Below are positions 1 through 11,095 of a DNA stretch of 64,000 nucleotides, piece after piece. Positions within the stretch are counted from its first letter, which is position 1, and each line of letters starts with the position of its first letter. Below the pieces are notes generated by a model. It had not been told where the DNA came from. It saw only the letters and a program-made list of their open reading frames with translations, and made no database searches. A program made the translations under genes and the position numbers. Source of the DNA: Camelus ferus (Eukaryota); the NCBI RefSeq assembly GCF_009834535.1, contig NC_045697.1:11162001-11226000 (forward strand), given 5' to 3'.

Positions 1-570
1 AGTGGTCCATGGAGCTGTGGTTTTCGGCTTTAGCTCTGACTCAGTGGCATGATGTGACCAGCCACGAGGCAACTTAAACTATTCAAAGTCCGAATGATTC
101 ATCCTGTGCAAGTACTGAAGTGGGCTGCAGGTTATCCCCACAGATTTGCATCCCAGGCTGCCCCTTGGGAAGAAGATCTGAAAAGACTGGTGTATCAGGC
201 CGCTAACCAGGTACCTTGCCCTGGTTCGTGTCAGTGCGGGCACGTGCACCTCAGCAGAAAGCAAGCCAGTACGTGTGCGTGGGAAGTGCTGCATTCACAC
301 TCCACGGGGACGTGCACCCAGACAGTGGCCCTCAGCCTCAGCATCGCCAGTGTCCATCCCCAGCCTCTCTATGCTGATGCGGGATCATCATAGAACCAGA
401 GACACATCACAAAAGGCGACATCTTTAGCAAGAAAAAGTTAATGAAGCTTTTAAAAGAATGGAAAGCCTTACAAAATGTTGCAAAAAGAAATTATAGGAA
501 AAATCATAATGCTTTAAAATACAGCTGGATAGCTGAAGCCTGTGCACCACCTAATCAGAATCAGCTAAAC

Positions 571-896
571 CAGAGGCTGGCAAATGTTTCCTATCAAGGG
601 CCAAGCAGAAGCATCTCAGGCGTGGCGGCCCGGGAGGTCTCTCCAGTCCGCCCTAGCGGCGGGAAAGCAGCCAGAGATGGCGTGCACAGGCCTGGGCCCG
701 GCTGTGGGCCAGTAGGACTCCATGTATGGACGCTGAAGTTCCCGTTTCATGTAACTTTCATGTGCTGTCAAATCGTATTCTTCTTTTAATTTTTCCCCCC
801 AAGCATCTAAAAATGTAAAAACCATTCTTAGCTTGACAGCCATTCACAAAGACAGGGTGGGTCTGAAGGGCCCAGGGCTGTAGTTGGTCCTCCCTG
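571..896 (+). mobile_element. hAT-Charlie MITE, MER58B-like
   Basis: Degenerate TIRs (cagaggctggcaaa ... tagttggtcctccctg) and internal aaaatgtaaaaaccattcttagc segment resemble MER58B; ~330 bp. Confidence 0.7.
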
Positions 897-1654
897 GATT
901 GGGTCACTAATATGGTGACATCTGAGCAATGGGACCCCTGACGTGACTCTCAGGCAGTTATAGGGTGACTCTGGGAAACAAAGCCCTTGGGGAGAGAAGG
1001 GATGGAAAGGACAGCAGGCCCAGCCATAGGACAGACGGCCTTCTCAGCCCTTCTGCGTGGCTGAGGGCACTTGACGGTGTTTGTGAACCTTCACAGGCCC
1101 CGAGGCAGAAAGCAAACATTTTTTGCCGCACACGGTGGGATGTTGTGGAGCCTAGAAGCTGGTTTCTCCGCTGTCCTTTTCACTGGGGCAGCTCAAACCC
1201 TGCAAGAGGCTGACATTTCAGTAATGAACTAATGTTACTCTGACAAAATGAAACAAAAACAATCCAAGTCACCATTTACGTTAAGACATTTTTCTTTGAA
1301 GGCATTACTATAGATGAAAAAATAAAGTCTGCTCCAAGAATCAGGTTGGGTTGTCTCTCCACAGCCTGGTTTTGGCCCTGTAGGAACCAGGGCTATGATT
1401 CCAGGGTGAGGCAGAGCTGATGAAGGGGGAGTGGCCGAAGGCACTGGAATCCCCCAGCATGACCACAGACCCATTCGTCAAAGGCCTTTATCTATTGTAG
1501 CTTGGTCGTGGAAGCGGTCCATTACCTGTGTCAGCCAATCAGGGTGTCATTTTGTGCCATCTCTGGTTGTGAAAAAGTCCTTTTAAGAGAAGCTGTCAAG
1601 CCCCTTCCAGGATGGGTCTACATGACCTTGGCCACTATGCTGCCATCAGGTGCT

Positions 1655-1828
1655 CCCCTCGGCCCAGACAACTGTATTAGACTCACATGCAGAGCTTTAA
1701 AAAAAAAATACAGATTCTTAAGGTCCACCCAGACTGTTTCTGATTCAGTCAATGGATGTGTATTTGGAAAAAAAAAAAAAAGTCACCCAGGTCATTCTAA
1801 TATTAGTCGGGTTTGAGCTCACTTCTCT
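1655..1828. mobile_element. hAT-Charlie MITE, MER5-like (degenerate)
   Basis: agagctttaaaaaa...tctgattcag...cccaggtcattctaat...gtttgag pattern typical of MER5A/B. Confidence 0.55.
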
Positions 1829-2279
1829 AGTTAACCAGCCAGGCCAGTCTTCACAGCAGTGAAGGAGTGTGGAAACGGTCGCTGACAGTCTCCACAGAAA
1901 TCGCTGTGGCCAAGCTCGGCGTGAGCCTCGGGGACTGCCAAGCATTCTATTTCCATCCTGAGTAACATAGAATTACAAGTTTTTACACAATTTCGGCTTT
2001 ACACCACACCCTGTGTCTGCCCCAGTAGAACTATACCCTCCCCCAATACATTCAGTTATTCACTTTTTTTTCCCCCAAATACATCACTTTCAATTCAACC
2101 ATCAGAAAACATTTGTTGAGCACAAACTATACGCACAACTGACAGCTACCTGTGGCCTCTGCCTGCGGCAGGTGCTTTTCTCCACATGCGTAATCTCACG
2201 CTGCCAAGCCAAAGCTCCTTATTACATCGCCGGGATGCTTTTCGCCTCAAGGCTAGAGACATGCAGCTCCGTCTGCTTG

Positions 2280-3068
2280 GATTGATTACCTCTTCCTCCA
2301 CCTGCAAATAACTAACCACTATCTCTCTCTCCAAATCAGCCAAACTACTGCGTGCTCTGGGAGGCTCTCCCTGGCCTGCCAGAGTTTCTCCCCTGGACCA
2401 CAGCAGTCACCCCTGACTGCTCTCTTTGCTGCCCCTCTGGCCCCCTTTTGCATCCTTCACACAGCAGTGGAAGGACTTTTGAAAAATATAAATCAAATCA
2501 AGTCACTCCTCCACTTAAAACTTTCCTATGACTCCCTATGAAACTTGAAAGGTGTAGCCAACTCCCCGCCATGGCCTCTGAGACTCCCCAGATGGGACCT
2601 GGCCTCTGGTCACCTGTCTGACGCCACCTGTGTCTCCTTCCCTTCTCCTCCTCCACCCTCACTGGCCTCCTTGCTCTTCTCAAATCTACCAGCCGCGCTC
2701 CTGCCTTAGGGGTTTTGTGCTTGCCTCCCTCCGCCTGAACCCTCATTTCCCTGAGCACACGGTGGGCACTGTTTCCATTCCTGTCCCCACCCCTACCTCC
2801 CTCCACAGGGAGGCTTCCTTGAGCCCTCAGCACAGTGTTGGGGATAGACTGGCGGGCAAGATAAAGTCCCTGCTCTCAATTTGACATTCTATTAGGAGCA
2901 GACAGAAAGCCAGATCTACATTAATAAGGTTGACTCAAGCAGTGGTAAGTAATGTAAAGAAAATAAAACAAAATGATGTGATAGAAATTTGTTCCCCATC
3001 ACAGTGCTGGCACCTACAACAGCACTTGGAATGCTGTTGGCATTGAGTAAATAGTAGTTAAAAAATGA
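2280..3068 (+). mobile_element. LINE-2 3' region (fragmented)
   Basis: catccttcacacagcagt...aaatcaagtcactcctccacttaaaactttcctatgactccct and an L2-type 3' terminus (acagcacttgg...gagtaaatagtagtt); includes an opposite-strand L2-like piece ~2850-2980. Confidence 0.6.
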
Positions 3069-3094
3069 GTTCCCTTTTGCGTATGCACATTCTT

Positions 3095-3408
3095 TTTTCA
3101 TATTAAAACAAAATGGATCATAATTTATGTACTGTCCTATGTTCTACATTTTTCTGTTAATATATCTTGGATAGTTTTTCACATAAGCACATGCAGACCT
3201 ACCCTGTTATTTATTGTTTTCATCCAATTGAATTGCACAGAGTTTACTTTTATTTACCCAGTTTCCTGGTGACAGATCATTTTTGTTTTGTTTTTCTTTA
3301 TTTTTCAGTAATTCGAAACATCACTATACCGAACATCATAAATATGTATCTTGATACACTGGGCACCATATTAGTGAAGAAAATTCCTGGGGATGAAGTG
3401 ATTGGATT
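3095..3408 (-). mobile_element. Old L1M (L1ME-like) fragment, left half of host element split by young L1
   Basis: T-rich antisense L1 3' sequence (aaattcctggggatgaagtgattgg) that continues after 10538 (ttttgatagatgttgccaaatt). Confidence 0.6.
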
Positions 3409-3423
3409 AAAATAATACAAGCA

Positions 3424-5093
3424 GAGATAGTCTCCAAGATGGCGGAGTAGAAGGACGCTCACAGGTCACCCTTTCCCACAAATACACCAAGACCCCCATC
3501 TACAGACCCACTCAGCCAACCAGAGCACCTGTGGAACTCCGACAGAACATCGCCCTCTTCAAAAGATAAAGACGCCAAAAATCTGGTAGGAGAAAAGGAG
3601 AAAAGAAGGAACAAAAGGCAAAGCAGCGTGGGACGGGTCCCTGCGGGGAGGGAGCGGCAAAGGAGGACTGGCGCTCGCTGGGTCTCCCCTCTCCAACTGA
3701 GAGGCCAGCGGGACGGAGGGGGAGCCTCCGAGGCTCGGATCTGTACAGAGCAGCCCTTGACTAACAGAACTAAGTTAAACGGGCACAGAGCGTCCCCCCG
3801 ACACCCAGCCTGAGACGCGGGCCGGCAGCGGTGGGCAGGGCCAGGCTGCACAAGCCGGGCGGAGGACGGAAGTGGCTGCACGGAGGCAGCCCCGGGGGAA
3901 CGCAAGGGGCTGCGCGCCGTGGCTGTGGGTGCACAGGGCAGAACAACCTGGGCCCTCCATAAAACAGCAAGGTTGATGTGCTCTCGGGGGAAGGGTGCAC
4001 ACCCCCATCTCTGAAAACCCGCGGAAAGTTTTCGGGGGAAGAGAGGCGGGGCTCAGGCACAGCCGCCATATCCTCCGCTCTGAGCACCCAGGTGGGGGCG
4101 CGGGCGAAACCTGCATCCGCACCGAAGGGCTTAGCAGCCTCAAAGGCCAGACTGAGACTGGCCTGCAGCCCGGGGCAGATAGGATCCTTCCATCCTGGTC
4201 CCTCAGAGAACTTGCTCCACAAAGACAAACAAGGAGCTGGGTTTTGGCTCAGAGCAGGGACAGGGCTGTCCCTCGGTCTTCCCTGAGCCCACCCGCTGAG
4301 CGCCGACCAGGGCGGAGCGCGCAGCCGCACAGAGAGCGGAACTACCGGCGGCGCAGGTAGAGCGAGAGCGGCCCCCCGCCTTTCGGGCAGGAACACAGCC
4401 CCTGATCCAGGTGCTGGGAGGGGGCATGACCCGCCCTCCTACCCAGCCAGTCTGCAACATCTGACAGGCATCCGGAGGGGCAGCGACCCGCCCGCCCACA
4501 GCAGAGGAGAGCTGCACCTGACCCAGTGTTGGGAGGAGGTGCGATCTGCTTGCCAACAGGTGCTGGGAGCAGCACAGAAGAGGGCGCCAACCGAGGGCCT
4601 CTGAAAACAGCAAGCTGAGCTTCCAAAACAGGACGAAGACAGAAAGACTTCACATTAAAAGCACACAGACTCCAGGAGAACACCGACAACCCCCCCCCCT
4701 TTTTTTTTTAAATCTGTTTTTACCTGTTCTATTTTCTATTACTCTCTTAATCTTTACTTCTTAATTCATTTCTATTTCTCTTGGGTTTTGATGTCCTGCT
4801 ATTGATTAGACACAGGTTTCAAATACATCTATTCATCTCCCCCCTTTTTTTGTAAAGGTTTTAAAAGGACGTCTCAACCCGATTAATACTCTGCTTCAAC
4901 TCACTGTTCTATTATTCATTATACACTGTTTTCAAACCCTCTTTCTCCCTTCTTTTAAAATTCTTTCTCTCTCTCTCTTATTTTTTTTTTCTTTTTTTCC
5001 TAAGTTCTATTCCTAAATAGGCATCAGATAGATAAAATCCTTAAGGACCAAAATAAACAACTGATACTCCATAAACCACAGTGCCAAAGAGGT
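3424..5093 (+). promoter_or_regulatory. L1 5'UTR / internal Pol II promoter (CpG island ~3424-4680)
   Basis: YY1 motif caagatggcgg at 3435-3445 just inside the 5' end, as in other mammalian L1s; dense CpG to ~4680, then T-rich tract 4690-5000. Confidence 0.85.
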
Positions 5094-5996
5094 ATGAGCA
5101 AGATGAAGAAGCAGAAAAACCTTTCCCAATTAAAAGAACAAGAGAAATCCCCTGAAAGAAAGATCAACGAAATAGACATCGATAGCCTACTAGATCAAGA
5201 TTTCAAAAAAGGAGTGATCAAATTGCTGAAGGAATTAAAAGAGATAGTGTTTAGAGATATAAAATATGTCAAAAATGAAATTGAAGCTATAAAGAAGAGC
5301 CAAGTAGACTGGGTAAACTCATTGACAGAGATGAGGAATGATCTAATAACTGTGCAAAGCCGACTAGATAATGCAGAGGAACGAATTAGTGATCTAGAAG
5401 ACAGGGCAATAGAAAGCACCCATTCAGAAGAACTACAAGAGAAGCAAATAAAAAAATAATGAAAATAGCATAAGGGACCTATGGGATAATATAAAGCGTC
5501 CCAATCATCGCATAATAGGGGTCCCAGAAGGAGAAGAAAGATCAAAGGGGATTGAAAAGGTTTTTGAAGAAATCATGACTGAAAACTTCCCAAACTTAAA
5601 GAAGGAATCAGATATCCAACTACAGGAAGCTCAGAGGGTCCCAAACAGGAAGAACCCAAATAGACCCACACCAAGACATATCGTAATCAAGATGGCCAGA
5701 GTCAAGGATAAAGAAATGATTCTAAAGGCAGCAAGAGAAAAGCAAAGAGTAAGTTACAAGGGAACCCCCATAAGGCTCTCAGCTGATTTCTCTACACAAA
5801 CACTACAGGCCAGAAGGGAGTGGCAAGATATATTCAAAGCCCTGAATGAAAAAAAGATGCAGCCTAGGATCCTTTATCCAGCAAGGCTATCCTTGAGGAT
5901 AGAAGGAGAAATAAAGAGTTTCACAGACAAAAAAAGCTGCAGGAGTTTAGCAACACTAAACCCATGCTAAAAGAAATATTGAAAGGGCTATTCTAA
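5094..5996 (+). pseudogene. L1 ORF1p (RNA-binding/chaperone), ~300 aa when repaired; 2 frameshifts
   Basis: Coiled-coil N-terminus, then DLWDNIKRPN..IIGVPEGEE, TPRHIVIK, ARREW, YPARL motifs; +1 in A-run 5450-5456 and -1 in A-run 5929-5935; stop TAA 5994-5996. Confidence 0.95.
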
Positions 5997-6400
5997 ATAG
6001 AAAAGCAGCAGGATGCTACAGAAATGAGAAACACACAACTGGAAAGGTGATAACTCATGAATTACAAATAAAGTAAACATGAAATTATAAAAGAAGACAT
6101 ACAAATCACTGAGAGTGGGAGAGGGAGGCAGGGAAATATAGAATATTTTTTTCTTTCTTTTTTAAATTTTTTTAACAGTAGGATGGGTTTGAGATCATGT
6201 TACTATCAGTTTAATAAAAACAGTTATAGTAATGGGTTGATAGATTTACAAAAAAGGGTAACCACAAGCCAAAAATTTACAAAGGAGTCACAAAAATTAA
6301 ATAAAATCCATGATAATACAAAGGAAAATTACCAAACCACAAAAGGAAGAAGAAAGGAACAAAGAGGAAATACCAAATCAACTGCAAAGATAAGTTCAAA

Positions 6401-9400
6401 ATGGCAATAAACACACATCTATCATTAATTACTGTAAATGTTAATGGACTAAATACTCCAGTCAAAAGACACAGAGTGGCAGACTGGATAATAAAGCAAG
6501 AACCTTCAATATGCTGCATACAAGAGACCCACTTTAGGGAGAAGGACACATATAGATTGAGAGTGAAAGGATGGAAAAGGATATTCCATGCAAATGGAAA
6601 AGCCAAAAAAGCAGGTGTTGCAGTACTGATTTCAGACAAAATAGACTTTAAAACAAAGGCCATAAAGAAAGATAAAGAAGGACATTTTATAATGATTAAA
6701 GGAGTGATAAAAGATGAGGATATTACACTCGTTAATATATATGCACCCAATATAGGAGCACCTAAGTACATACAAGAATTACTAACAGAGATAAAGGGGG
6801 ATATTGATGGGACTACAATCATAGTTGGAGATTTTAACACTGCATTAACATCACTAGACAGATCTTCCAGACAGAAAATAAACAAGGCAACAGAGAAATT
6901 AAATACTACAATAGAAAAACTAGATTTGGTGGATATTTTCAGAGCATTACACCCCCAAAAATAGGATATACATTCTTTTCAAGTGCACATGGAACATTTT
7001 CCAGGATCAATCATGTACTTGGGCACAAAAGAAACCTCAACAATTTTAAGAAGATAGAAATTATCTCAAGCATCTTTACTGACCACAATGCCATGAAACT
7101 GGAAATCAACAACAGAGAAACAAAGGAGAAAAAAAGGAAAGCATGGAGATTAAACAATATGTTATTGAAAAAACAATGGATCAATGAGGAAATCAAAGCT
7201 GAAATTAAAAATACCTTGAGACAAATGATAATGAAAGCACAACCACTCAAAACCTATGGAACACAGCAAAGGCAGTGCTAAGAGGGAAGTTTATAGCGAT
7301 ACAGGCCTTCCTTAAAAAAGAAGAACAATCTCAAATAAACAATTTAACCCACCACCTGAATGAATTAGAAAAAGAAGAACAAAAAGCCCCAAAAAGCAGC
7401 AGAAGGAAGGAAATAATAAAGATCAGAGAAGAATTAAATACAATAGAGATTAACAAGACCATAGAAAAAATCAACCAAACCAAAAGCTGGTTTTTTGAAA
7501 AAGTAAATAAAATCGACAAACCTCTGGCCAAACTCACAAAGAAGAAAAAAGAGAGAGCACAAATTAGCAAAATAAGAAAGGAAAATGGAGAAATTACAAC
7601 AAACAAAATAGAAATACAGAATATCATATGAGAATATTATGAAAAACTATATGGAACCAAACTGGATAACCTAGAGGAGATGGACAAGTTTCTGGAAACA
7701 TACTGTCCACCAAAACTGAATCAAGAAGAATCTGAACACTTGAACAGTCCGATCACTAGAAAGGAAATAGAAATAGCAATTAAAAACCTCCCTACAAATA
7801 AAAGTCCAGGACCGGATGGCTTCACCGGGGAATTCTACCAAACATACAAAGAAGAACTCATACCAGTCCTTCTCAAACTCTTCCAGACGATTGAAAAGGA
7901 GGGAATACTCCCAAACTCATTCTATGAAGCCACCATCACCCTGATACCAAAACCAGGCAAAGACACTACAAAAAAAGAGAATTATAGGCCAATATCACTG
8001 ATGAACATAGACTGCCAAAATCCTCACCAAAATTTTAGCAAATAGAATCCAACAACACATAAAAAAGATTATACATCATGACCAAGTGGGGTTCATCCCA
8101 GGGACACAAGGCTGGTTCAACATACGCAAATCAATCACTGTAATACATCACATCAACAAGAGAAAGGACAAAAACCACATGATCATCTCAATCGATGCAG
8201 AAAAAGCATTTGATAAAATTCAACACCCATTTATGATAAAAACTCTCGCCAAAGTGGGTATAGAGGGAACATATCTCAACATAATAAAAGCTATATATGA
8301 CAAACCTACAGCCAGCATAGTACTCAACGGTGAAAAACTCAAAAGCTTCCCACTAAAATCTGGGACAAGACAAGGATGCCCACTATCACCACTCCTATTC
8401 AACATAGTCCTGGAAGTCCTAGCCACAGCAGTCAGGCAAGAGAAAGAAATAAAAGGGATCCAAATTGGAAAAGAAGAGGTAAAAGTGTCACTACATGCAG
8501 ATGACATGTTACTATATATAGAAAACCCTAAAAGGTCCACACAAAAGCTACTAGAGCTGATTGAAGAATTCAGCAAGGTAGCAGGTTACAAAATTAACGT
8601 TCAAAAATCAGTTACATTTCTTTACACTAACGATAAATCAACAGAAGAAGAAAGTAAAGAAACAATCCCCTTTAAAATAGTACCCAAAGTAATAAAATAT
8701 CTGGGAATAAATCTAACCAAGGAGGTGAAAGAATTATACACAGAAAACTATAAACCATTGATGAAGGAAATTAAAGAAGACTTTAAAAAATGGAAAGATA
8801 TTCCATGCTCTTGGATTGGAAGAATCAATATTGTTAAAATGGTCACACTGCCCAAGGCAATCTACAGATTTAATGCAATCCCTATCCAATTACCCAGGAC
8901 ATATTTCACAGAACTAGAAAAAATCATAATAAAATTCATATGGAACCATCAAAGACCTAGAATTGCCAAAGCATTACTGAAGAGAAAGAAAGAGGCTGGA
9001 GGAATAACTCTCCCAGACTTCAGACAATACTATAGAGCTACAGTCATCAAGACAGCATGGTATTAGTACCAAAACAGACATATAGACCAATGGAACAGAA
9101 TAGAGAGCCCAGAAATGAACCCACAAACTTTTGGTCAACTCATCTTCGACAAAGGAGGCAAGAATATATATTGGAATAAAGACAGTCTCTTCAGCAAATG
9201 GTGTTGGGAAAACTGGACAGCAGCATGTAAAACAATGAAGCTAGAACACTCCCTTACACCATATACAAAAATCAACTCAAAATGGATTAAAGACTTAAAC
9301 ATAAGACAAGATACAATAAACCTTCTAGAGGAAAACATAGGCAAAACATTATCTGACATACATGTCAAAAATTTTCTCCTAGAAGAAATAAAAGCAAGAA

Positions 9401-10198
9401 TAAACAAATGGGACCTAATGAAACTTACAAGCTTCTGCACAGCAAAGGAAACCAGAAATAAAACAAGAAGAAAACCTACAGAATGGGAGAAAATTTTTGC
9501 AAGTGAAACCTGACAAAGGCTCGATCTCCAGAATATATAAGCAGCTCATACGACTCAATAAGAAAAAAATAAACAACCCAATCCAAAAATGGGCAGAAGA
9601 CCTAAACAAGCAATTCTCCAAGGAAGACATACAAATGATCAAAAAGCACATGAAAAAATGCTCAATATCACTAATTATCAGAGAAATGCAAATCAAAACT
9701 ACAATGAGGTATCACCTCACACCAGTCAGAATGGCCGTCATTCAAAAATCCACAAATGACAAATGCTGGAGAGGCTGTGGAGAAAGGGGAACCCTCCTAC
9801 ACTGCTGGTGGGAATGCAGTTTGGTGCAGCCACTATGGAAAACAGTGTGGAGATTCCTCAAAAGACTAGGAATAGACTTACCATATGACCCAGGAATCCC
9901 ACTCCTGGGCTTGTATCCAGAAGGAAATCTACTTCAGGATGACACCTGCACCCCAATGTTCATAGCAGCACTATTTACAATAGCCAAAACATGGAAACAG
10001 CCTAAATGTCCATCAACAGGTGACTGGATAAAGAAGAGGTGGTATATTTATACAATGGAATACTACTCAGCCATAAAAACCGACAACATAATGCCATTTG
10101 CAGCAACATGGATGCTCCTGGAGAATGTCATTCTAAGTGAAGTAAGCCAGAAAGAGAAAGAAAAATACCATATGAGATCGCTCATATGTGGAATCTAA
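6401..10198 (+). pseudogene. L1 ORF2p (APE endonuclease, reverse transcriptase, CCHC domain), ~1265 aa when repaired; disrupted
   Basis: EN motifs NVNG, QETH, GDFN, TDH; RT motifs [46 protein letters not shown] knuckle. Frameshifts ~6957, ~7209, ~8013, ~9511; stops TGA 7629-7631 and TAG 9064-9066. Confidence 0.97.
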
Positions 10199-10538
10199 AA
10201 AACAAAAACAAAAACAAACAAACAAACAAAAACAAAGTGTAAATAAAGGACAGAAATAGACTCACAGACAGAGAATACAGACTTGTGGTTACTGAGGGGT
10301 GGAGGGTGGGAAGGGATAGACTGGGATTTCAAAATTGTAGAATAGACTACACTGTATAGCACAGGGAAATATACACAAAATGTTATGATAACTCACAGAG
10401 AAAAAAATGTGACAATGAGTGTGTATATGCCCATGAATAACTGAAAAATTGTGCTGAACACTGGAATTTGACACAACATTGTAAAATGATTATAAATCAA
10501 TAAAAATGTTAAAAAAATAAAATAAAATAATACAAGCA

Positions 10539-11045
10539 ATATAATTTTGATAGATGTTGCCAAATTATCCTCAAAAACGATGCTGCCATTTGAACTCCTT
10601 TATGCTCCCAGTGGGTAATAATAATAATGCTTTTTCCATTATACCTCATAGGTCCCCTGTATTACCAGACTTTTAGTTTGTCAATCTGATAGATTTCTCC
10701 TTGTTCTGTTTGATTTGCATTTCTTTAACTATGAATGATGTGGCGCATCTTTTCTTATGTTTATTGGCTATTTGCATTCCTTTCTGAACTGTCTTTTCAC
10801 ATCCTTTGCCCTTTATTCTCTTGAGTTATTCATCTTTTTTCTTATTCTTCTCCATGGGTTCTTTGTAAATTAAGGAAATTTGCTTTATGATTCACATTGC
10901 AAATATTTCTTCCTGGTTTGTCATTTTTTTTCACTTATTTATTTTACATTTATTTATTAGTGTATTTTTATCTGCTATACAGAGGTTTTTGAGTTGTATA
11001 AATGCAAATGTATTATTTTCTTTTTGTGGTTCCTAGGCAATGATT
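10539..11045 (-). mobile_element. Old L1M (L1ME-like) fragment, right half of host element
   Basis: ttgatttgcatttctttaactatgaatgatgtggcgcatcttttcttatgtttattggctattt is the antisense of the L1 ORF2 C-terminal region. Confidence 0.75.
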
Positions 11046-11095
11046 TATTTTTCATATAATAAACATCTTAGTGTTCTCATCATGAACAAAGTTAT

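Larger units (their letters stand above)
3424..10523 (+). mobile_element. Full-length LINE-1 (young, camelid-type), ~7.1 kb
   Basis: 15-bp TSD aaaataatacaagca at 3409-3423 and 10524-10538 at a TT/AAAA endonuclease site; GC-rich 5'UTR, ORF1, spacer, ORF2, 3'UTR, AATAAA at 10499-10504 and short A-rich tail. Confidence 0.98.

Noticed and set aside
3459..4689. Multiple overlapping 100-200 aa ORFs in the L1 5'UTR as protein-coding genes
   Set aside because: Listed starts are GTG/TTG, the products are low-complexity Pro/Arg/Gly/Ala, and they are expected in stop-poor GC-rich DNA; only the AUG-initiated 3770-4069 sub-frame was kept as a lead
5195..9696. Hydrophobic minus-strand ORFs (e.g. 6277..6885, 202 aa) as membrane proteins
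   Set aside because: Antisense shadows of A-rich L1 ORF1/ORF2, a well-known artefact
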